Assembly: GCF_009914755.1 (NCBI RefSeq)
Contig: NC_060929.1
Length of the DNA stretch: 64,000 nt
Source: the human T2T-CHM13v2.0 reference genome, Homo sapiens
Reading direction: 5' to 3' (one strand)
Part shown: positions 55,521 to 64,000 of the stretch, piece by piece
Layout: each line of letters begins with the position of its first letter
Numbering within the stretch: the stretch's first letter is position 1
Notes under the pieces: generated by a model
What the model saw: the letters and a program-made list of their open reading frames with translations, nothing else
Database searches by the model: none
Told to the model about the DNA's origin: nothing
Position numbers and translations under genes: made by a program

Positions 55521-58500
55521 GGCTAGAGTATCCCTGGACAGATAACAACCTGGGCCTCTCTCACCCTGGTGGGCCTGAGGCAGGACCCAGCATTGGCCAG
55601 AAGACCCAGGCCGTGAGGGCCACTGCCCCAAAGATGAAAAGCTCCCAATAAAACCCAGACCTACATGGCTGCACTGATCAAAATACAATAAAGAAGAAAG
55701 TGAGAAATCTGACAAAAAGAAAACGCAGCTTCAGTGGGGGTCAAAATACAACAATCTTCTGTGGGAGATGAGAAGCATAAAAGGGACGTTAGATGTTCAA
55801 AGAACCAAATGTCACAACGACAAAAAATACAAGAATAAAGACAAAGTGTGGATATCAATGCCACATGGGCCTCAGTCTAATGATGGCAGTTGCAGGGAAC
55901 AGCAGCCCCCCCAGGACTAGAGCCTGCTTTCCCCCGCCCCCAACACGACAGCCTATATAAATAGAGTCTTGAGGAAAAAATTACCAGCAATTAGTCATGA
56001 ATCTGCTTGCTGGAATGAGGAGAAACTTGTGGAAAGTCACCAGAGGCTCTGGTGGGAAAAGCTCAGCTAAGGAGGCCACGCAGACAGGGCAAGAGCAAGA
56101 CGACTAAGGGAGAAGGCCTGTGGGGTGTTCCTGCAACCTTTGATGCCTTCCAAGTCTTAACCTGGAAGGGAAAATGAAGGGCCTGGCCACTGGGCTATAA
56201 CGAGCTCCAAACTGGGCCCACATCCAAGTCGGAAGTCCTTTAATGTGTGCTTGGGCTGGAGGTGGGGCAGGTGAATGAGGAGGAAGAGTCAGCATAGCAG
56301 GCCCTGCCCTGGGTTGCAGGTACCTTGGGGGGATGAGGCGGTAGAGCACAGCTTCTGACCACAGTGCCTCCACCACAGAAAGCCTGTGCCACACAGGTCC
56401 TCCCCTGGCCCCTGGGGAATATGCTTCAGAAGCAGTGACAGCAGCAGGCTCAGCGTTTCCATTCAAGAGGTCTGCTGAAAATGACCCTGTTTCAGGACCA
56501 AAGTGATGAGGAGGGAGGACCTCTCTTGCCCCGATGAATTTCTCAACTCATCTCCATCGACAGAGGAATCTCAGTGTGCTGTGTTCCCCACCGCCTCTGC
56601 CTGAGCGCCCTGCCCCTGCCCGTCCCCATCTTCATCTGGCCAGTTCCTACTGCAAGAACCCTTCAGACACGATCTCCTCAGAGAAACACTCGCTGACCTC
56701 CTGACCCTCACAGGGCCCCTGCTATGCATTCCTGGGGCCCTCCTTCTTTCCATCCTCTTAACAGACCTGACAAGATCAGCTTCCCCTCCTAAACCATGAA
56801 CTCTCTCAAGGACCTGGACTGTGCCTTGTTGTCTGTTCAACTGTGACCTCACTCTAGATGGTAGAGCCCAATGCCCAGCATGCAATTAACAGGAGCTGCC
56901 TGCAGACACAAGGCTGGCTCTGTGTCCCCTCCCAGCTGAGACACTGAGCCCCAGCACTAGGCACGTGGATGGGTTGGGCACATGACCTCCCTCCCTTTCT
57001 GAGCACCTTGCCCATTCCAAGAGCTCACGGAATCAGACTCCGCGACTGCCCTGAGTTCTGACTTCTCTCCCCATCTCCCTGCACTTTGATTCTCTTGACC
57101 ATGGGTCCTCCTCACTGCATATCCCCTGCCTGCTTGAGAAAAGGGATGCAGCCCAGATGGTCAATAACCCCCTGAGGTCCTCCTCCTAGGAATGTCTGTA
57201 TTTGCTCACAAAGAGAAGTTTATATATATAAAACCAAGAAACAAATTTCTAATGGTATTAATTGAATTTTAGGCAGTAGCAGAAAGAAAAAAAGATTTGG
57301 GAAGCAGGGAGTTTCACTTGATTCCTGAAATCACCTCTAGTAGGTAATGCCCACCTCTGCTGTGTCTAAGATCAGCCCTGACTCAATCTTAGGATTAGGC
57401 ACCGCCTGCCAGCCATGGCAGGACAGTCCACAGATATGTCCCCAGGTGGCCACTGTCACCTCCTTTCAGCCTGACCTCAGCTGGCTGTCCTCCTTGACAA
57501 CAGTCCTCTCTGGCTGAAGACTGGAAACTGTAGGCTAGAGCTCCTGCTTTCCTTTCTGGGACTCTAACACAGTACCAGCCCAACTTTCCATGCCTCTGTC
57601 AGGTCAGCATGGTATCAGAGATGGCTGTTTGGCCACTCTCCTCCTGCAATAATACTCCACGCTCCACCAACCCCTGTTCCATCTGAGAGCCACTCACAGT
57701 CAGCTCTGCCCGAGGTCCCTGATAGATTGGCTGGTGCCAAGGATCCATTGAGGAGATGGCACAGAGCCACACAGGGGAGCAACAACATTGGAAGAGGGCA
57801 AGGTCAAGTTGACAAATACCATATACGATCAGAAAGAATTGCATGAACCGCAGTGGCATAATGTAGCATAACAGATGGATAATTAGATTTATTCTAAGAG
57901 CTGTAAAAGTAAGTAATTAAATAAAAATATGGAACAATGAATCTGCCATAGAGAGACATCTAACAGCCTCACAAGGGCCTTGCAGCTGGCACGAGCAGCC
58001 TGGGAAGGAAGCAGTGGGCAAGGAACCTCTAACACTGCCCTGATGTTTTAGGCACAATAAATTTAGCACCAGCTCACACTGGGCACAAGGGGACAGCTTG
58101 ATCTCAGAGGGGGATAATCACACCCATGGCTGCAACAGTACTGTGCCCTGGGAGTATGGCCTCTTGTCTGCATCTGGAAGACAGCAGCCTGAGGTATTCC
58201 GATAAATGCCCCACCACTGGCATGTTTGGAAAGGCCCCTGCAAAGCAAGACTGGCAGATTGTATTTATCTTTGCAGAAGCAGAGGCAGAGAGGAAGGGAG
58301 ATGAAAATGTATGCACAGATGACAGGATTCACTGCCACCAACAAAGGCAGGCTGGGAGACCCAGGTTCAGGTCTCCACTCTCCTCCCAAAGGATGGTGGC
58401 AGATGGTGAGGGTACAGTTACCACATAAGAAACACAAGGCAAGCACCCAATGTGTGCAAAGCAAAGTGTTAGGTACAGGATTTCACCAGGGAAGCAGCTT

Positions 58501-58554
58501 CCCTGGACATGACATTAGCTATTTGGAAGCAAACAGATCAGTTGGAAGTTGTTT

Positions 58555-59335
58555 TGTATTAGTTAGGACTCTGTTTTTAAGGGACCAAAATGAAATTCAG
58601 AGGAATTTGAATTCCTTTGAATTCCTTCCTCATCTATGGAAAAGAGAGTGTACTGGGTCCCATTATGAAGAGGCATGACAAAGGTAAAAAGCACAGCTGG
58701 GTCCAGAGGCTTAAGTAATGTGCCAAGGCCCTCTCTCAGCCTGCACCTCTAGGCTTTGCTTCTCTCCAGTTTTCTCCCTGTAAACAGCCAATCCCAGCAT
58801 AAAGGTAACTACATCCTCCCAAGTGGTATAGAATTCCAGGGAAGATCCTGGCCAACATGGGGAAACCGTCTCTATAAAAATACAAAAATTAGCTGGGTGT
58901 GGCGATGCGCACCTGTAGTCCCAGCTACTAGGGAGGCTGAGGCAGGAGAATAGCTTGAACCTGGGAGGGGGAGGTTGCAGTGGGCCAAAATTGTGGTGAG
59001 CCAAGATTGCGCCACTGCACTCCAGCCTGGGCAACAAAGAGCAAAACTCAAAAAAAAAAAAAGAATTCCAGAGAAGAACTTTGATTGGTCCTGCTTGTGT
59101 GACACACACACCCCTGGACCAATTACTGTCCAGATGGAAGTGATACTGTGAGTGGCAAGTCTAGATCACATGACCAGCCCTAACTGGGAAGGGAACAGGT
59201 GGGGCATAAAGATTAACAGCCTCACCACACCATGTGGCACTGGTGAAGAGATTCCCAAAGGAAAGGAAGTATTATTTTCCAAAGAGGAGAACAGAATGTG
59301 TTGAGAGACCAAAAACAACATAAATCAAGAGCCTT
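58555..59335. mobile_element. Old MaLR LTR (MLT1J/K-like) with nested Alu
   Basis: agttaggactct, tgattggtcc...ccctggaccaat. Confidence 0.6.
58847..59062 (+). mobile_element. 5'-truncated Alu with small internal duplication, TSD agaattccag(g/a)gaaga
   Basis: Begins at tcctggccaacatgg; gtgggccaaaattg/gtgagccaagattg repeated. Confidence 0.9.
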
Positions 59336-61283
59336 CATAGCCCACCACATTGTTTTATACCACCCCAGGCCAAGATACTAGATGATAATTGACTATCTGG
59401 GGCTGGAATGGGAGGTGGCCAAGTCTATTAACAGTCTGGTTGGAGATTTGTTTGCAGAGATCCCATGTGACCTACCGGCTTGAAATGCTCCAAAGGCCCT
59501 GCTGCTTGTACTTCTAAAAGCAGCCCATCCTTGTAGACCTGCCCCTGAGACCATGCACAGGACTTTTTCTACTTCAAACAGCTCCACTTAGGAAATCTAC
59601 ACAGCACTAAAAGCATAGTGAGGAGTTCCCCCAGCAGCCAACTCTTTGCAGGGTTTTCTCACCAACTAACTTGAATCTTCTTCTCAGAGCACAGACCATA
59701 AAGATTAACTCCCCTGAACCTGGAAACCTCAGCACCTTTGACGGGGGTCAAGGGCGGGGATGAGGCTCAGCCCAGAGTTGCTCCCCATTCACACCAATGG
59801 TTTCACAGGATAGCTCTCTATTCCAATATACCCCTACATCCTGGAGAGGGAGGGAAACTCAGCATAATAGCTGCAAAAGTAGAAAACTTCCCACATCCCC
59901 AGCACCACAAAAGCTGCCACTTTGCTCAATGCCTAGCACAAAGGGCTCACAGTGGGGCTCTCCCCACAACCTGGCTTGAAGGAAGAGAGGTCCTTGGCCT
60001 TTCCTCACCTCCAGGGCCCACGGCACACTCTTCTAACATCCTCACTGGGCTCCAACCAACAGGCTCAGTCATCTCTCTGGCTAAATATCAAAGCAGCTTC
60101 CCTTCTCAAGCGTGTCCAAAACTCAGGTCTCCTTCAGGCCACACAGATGACACCCTCCAAAAGCCCAGAATGAGCTCTGTAGGGTCCCTGGGGAGAGCTG
60201 AGACATAGGAGGCCTCGTTGTTCCAAGGCCAGCTGGGGATAAGGGTTATGGGGACCTTTGGAAGCCAGATCCAGCAGGAGAATCATGAGGCTTCAGTTCC
60301 TGAGCTCTGCACATTCTTAAGTGATTCCGTTGACTTCACCAACAACCTGGGGCCCGCCGAAAGCAGTGGTGCTAGCCAACATCTGGTCACCAAGTTCTTT
60401 CTGCCACCATTACTTGTCCACTGAGCCTGTCCCTAGAAATGCAGAAAGACAAAGCTCAGCTCCCATGTGGAGTACTTAAATGCTCTAGCCATGCCTGGTA
60501 CTCACAGCCACATTTGAAGGTCTGGTTCAACGCAGCCATGCTGGGTCCAGATGTAAGAACCTCAAGCTGGGCTAAAAAGCAGCTTTCCCATGGGTGAACC
60601 CTCTGGCTCAGAGCTCCTCAGGCTGGCTCTGCTGCTGCTCCACACATGCCACAATTTACTACAGCTGTTAAGAGCCCCAGAGACAAGAAAGCTCCTCCTT
60701 CCCACTTGTTCCCTGCCCTTCTTCAGCACAGGCTGGAACCAAGCACCAGCCAAACCTGGAGAGAACCTCAGAAACTATGACCCCACCCCACAAACTGAGC
60801 TCACACAATTTTTCTTGAGCCACAAACTAATTTTTGTTAATCCCAGAGAAACAGTTCAAACAGCAACTAACCTTTTTCTTCCTTCACAACTATTAAACTT
60901 GGACAAATACCTTAAAATAGTACATGAACCAAGAGTTTAATCCTTCTCCCCAGAGGCAAAGAGAGGACTATGTGGGTAACATGAGGGTAAAACCCTGGGT
61001 CCACCAAGTCCAGGACAAACGGGTCCTGGGTCCTCAGGCAAGGGGGACAGAGGGGCAATAAGAGCAGAAGGGAGGACAACCCAGGGCTGAGGCCCCAGTG
61101 ATGGGGGTAGAGAAGCCCTTGTTCAGTCCCAGCATGGAGCTGAGGCTGGCCACAGTATTCCTACAGTACAGCAGGAGCGACACCTGCCTGCCACCTGGCT
61201 GAAGGGATCTGGGCAAACTGATGAGTCCACCCCCAAGCCCAAGCCAATTAAAGGTTATCCTTATACAATTAAAGGTTGTGTAA

Positions 61284-61360
61284 CATATGTAACAAACCTG
61301 CGCGTTGTGCACAGGTACCCTAGAACTTGAAGTATTTAAAAAAAAAAAAAAAAAAAAAAA
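61284..61360 (+). mobile_element. Extremely 5'-truncated L1PA insertion (54-nt body + poly-A), TSD aaaggttgtgtaa
   Basis: catatgtaacaaacctg..gttgtgcac..gtaccctagaactt.aagtat is the primate L1 3' terminus. Confidence 0.92.
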
Positions 61361-61598
61361 GGTTGTGTAAGAATAAAGTGGCCCAGAGAATGATCATGAA
61401 TGCTAAAACACAGAATCCAAAGGGCTCATGCCAGAAAACCCAACAGCAACTTCTGTGTCTTATTTTATAATAAGTAATTTAAATAATTATAAATCATGTA
61501 AGTTCATGGTAAAGAAAAAAAAAATCAAGCAGTATAGAAGAGTGCAAAATAGAAAGGAAAAGTCCCTGTTTCTCAGACCATCAGAGGTAAGAGCAGAG

Positions 61599-62021
61599 TT
61601 TTTTCTTTTTTCTTTTGAGACAGGGTCTCGCCCTGTCACCCAAGCTGGAGTACAGTGGTGTGATCACAGCTCACTACATCCCTGAGCTCCCAGGCTCAAC
61701 TGATCCTCCTGTTGCAGCTTCCTATGTAGCTGGGACTAGACATATGCCACTGCATCTGACTAAATTTTTTTTTAATATAGAGCTGAGGTCTCACTATGTT
61801 ACCCTCAAACTTCTGGGCTCAAGTGATCTTCCCGCCTCCCAGAATGCTGGGATTACAAGTGTGAGCCACCGTGTCCAGCCTTGACTAATTTGTTGTTGTG
61901 ATTGTAGAGACTAAGTCCCACTATGTTGCCCAGGCTGGTCTCAAACTCCAGGCTCAAGTGATCCTCCTGCCTCAGCCTCCCAAAGTTCTAGGACTACAGG
62001 CATGAGCCATCACGCCCGGCC
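61599..62021 (-). mobile_element. AluJ plus extra left monomer (three arms)
   Basis: Antisense dimer followed by a second gggattacaggc-type monomer. Confidence 0.85.
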
Positions 62022-62909
62022 CAGATTTTTATATCACATATTTAAAAATATATGTGCAATATAAATTTATATATAAATCTTTACCCATTTACTTTTTATA
62101 TGAATGGATCACGCTTCTACACATGCTATTTTCAATGTAGAGACCCTACTCTCCAGAAAGAAGAGGCTCCTCAGGTCTCTCCGTGCACCCCTTGATATCA
62201 AATTGAGCAGCAAACAGAAGAGAACAGGGGTGGCTGGTCATATTTTAAAAGACTCCAGGATACACTAACATTCCAGAACCAAAAGCTAAATCCAAAGAGC
62301 TCCTCAGGAAAGCGTGAACTCGGCTGCAACGGGGTCTCTCTCTACAGGCCAGGGAGAGGGAAGGCAGCCTTTATAAACCGTTCCTCTTGGGCTCTCCTGC
62401 CTGTGGCTGTTAGCTTCACCTCCCCCAACTTGCCATCTGAGGGCCTTCATTCTTCACTGTCATGCCTGTCACCACCTCTGTCCTCCCCCTTTGGGCCTGC
62501 TCTACAGCCTCCGCACTGCTCTGAAACATCACCACTGGCAGGACTGTGCAACTGAGAACAACAGGAGATGACCTCACGGCCTTTACATTCTAATGCCAGC
62601 TCCCAATTACTTGTACTGTTGAATAATTGAAAGAGGAGAATAATCCACTCAGCTGATTTGGGAAGCCAGCCAGGCACACAGATTATCTCAGAGTGAATTA
62701 TTCACACTAGGGATAATTGGGAGTTGCCCAAACTTCTATTTGTAGTTCAGGCATCACGTGGAAGAACATTCGGTATGGAAAGTATGAAAGCTGGAGAGGG
62801 AAGGAGCCCCTGTTTCCGGGCCTGGGTTTCCTTTATGTTGCTTGGGAAGTCAATGCTCCTCTCTCGGTCTCACTCAGAGTCGGTGAGCACAATGATGATG
62901 ATGATATTA

Positions 62910-63165
62910 ACATTAACAATATTTTAGTGACAGCTCTTGCTGTATTTCCTTACAATGTGCTGTGTTCTGTGCTATGAGCTTCATGTGTATCATCCTACAT
63001 TATCTCATTTAATCCTCACATGAGTCTGTGAAGCACCACTGTCTTCTTCATCTCTGAGCTGAGGAAGCTGAGGCTTAGGTTAAGTAACTTGCCCAGAGAT
63101 ATACAGCAACAAGCTGTATGTCCATCCATAGACCAGGATCTTACTCAAGAAGTTCTTTTGCCACA
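62910..63165 (-). mobile_element. MIR
   Basis: tatctcatttaatcctcac, gaggaagctgaggctta..ggttaagtaacttgccca. Confidence 0.8.
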
Positions 63166-63672
63166 CACCTCTTACCTCTCCCACTTTTAAGAGTCTTCCT
63201 TACACAAGACATAAAACTGTAAAGGATAAAAACACCCCATTTTTAGTATAATACTGTCTACTCTCATCTTGAAATTACTGGATTTCAAGGTAAGAAAAAT
63301 GGCTCCCTCCTCTGAAGGTTGGCAAGAAGCCTATAGGAAGGGGCTGGTCAGCTGGTCAATCCATTTCGAGAAATCCAGTGTCTGGAAGCACAAGCCACTG
63401 GCAGACTTCCAGAAGAGCTCAGCCTTCTCTCATGATCAAAGACTCAAAAATGAAACCACTGTCCTCCCCCTGACACGCCACCACTTCAGCCAAGAGGCAG
63501 CTACTGAGCTGGGCAGCTCAGCACCGTGAGGCCAGAGCATGGGGGAAGGGCATAGGCTCAGTGAGCTGCAAGGAACACCTGCCTCAGACAAGGGTCCATG
63601 AGGTGACTGACTGTCCCTGCATGTGTGGGGTCTCCTTCCACAGTGCCTAGGACAGAGTCCCCAGATACTAGG

Positions 63673-64000
63673 TGTGGTGCCAGTCTCCAGCACGGTCACC
63701 GGCGATCCCCACCAGCGATCCCAGCCTTTGTGTTGGTGCCTCCCACATTAACTATAGATGATCTATGTGACCAAAAGAATAAAGAGGAAGTGATGATGTC
63801 GAATTCTAAGGCTAGGCCACAAAAAGAACTGAAGTTTCCATCTTGCTGTCCTATGTTGTTCACTCTGGGGGAAGCCATGGGGAGACCTGCACAGCCCTGT
63901 GGAGAAACTCACAGAGAGAGAAACCGAGGCCTCTCACCAACAACTGGCACCAACCAGCCAGGCGTGTAAACTGGAAGCAGATTCTCATACCCAGTCAACA
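63673..64000 (+). mobile_element. MaLR LTR (MLT1E/F-like), runs off window
   Basis: tgtggtgccagtctcca...gatccc, gtgatgatgtcgaattctaaggctagg, ggaagcagattctc. Confidence 0.65.

Overview
This is human (or great-ape) genomic DNA, not prokaryotic. It holds the convergent 3' ends of two known genes at 5q31.2. On the + strand are CTNNA1 (alpha-E-catenin) coding exons 11-18 (5882-22225) and a 3'UTR with three AATAAA clusters. About 11.7 kb of repeat-rich intergenic DNA follows. On the - strand are SIL1 (ER BiP nucleotide-exchange factor) exons 8-10; 40021-64000 is all SIL1 intron 7. All 11 exon boundaries were read from the sequence and are AG/GT with matching phases. Exon numbering and repeat family names are from memory, not from a database run. 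The remainder is Alu, L1, L2, MIR, MaLR-LTR and DNA-transposon fossils, and nearly all other ORFs in the supplied track are noise. I found no new gene system. The most notable structures are: (1) a 215-bp, ungapped, ~94% identical non-Alu inverted duplication in SIL1 intron 7; (2) a ~480-bp inversion whose reversal rebuilds both a split Alu and a split L1; (3) a 71-nt frameshifting CTNNA1 cassette exon that should escape NMD, plus two further candidate cryptic exons; (4) a distant-branch-point acceptor at the last SIL1 exon with two CpGs one transition away from a new AG; (5) a MIR-derived SIL1 poly(A) signal; (6) a 54-nt L1 insertion with an intact TSD.
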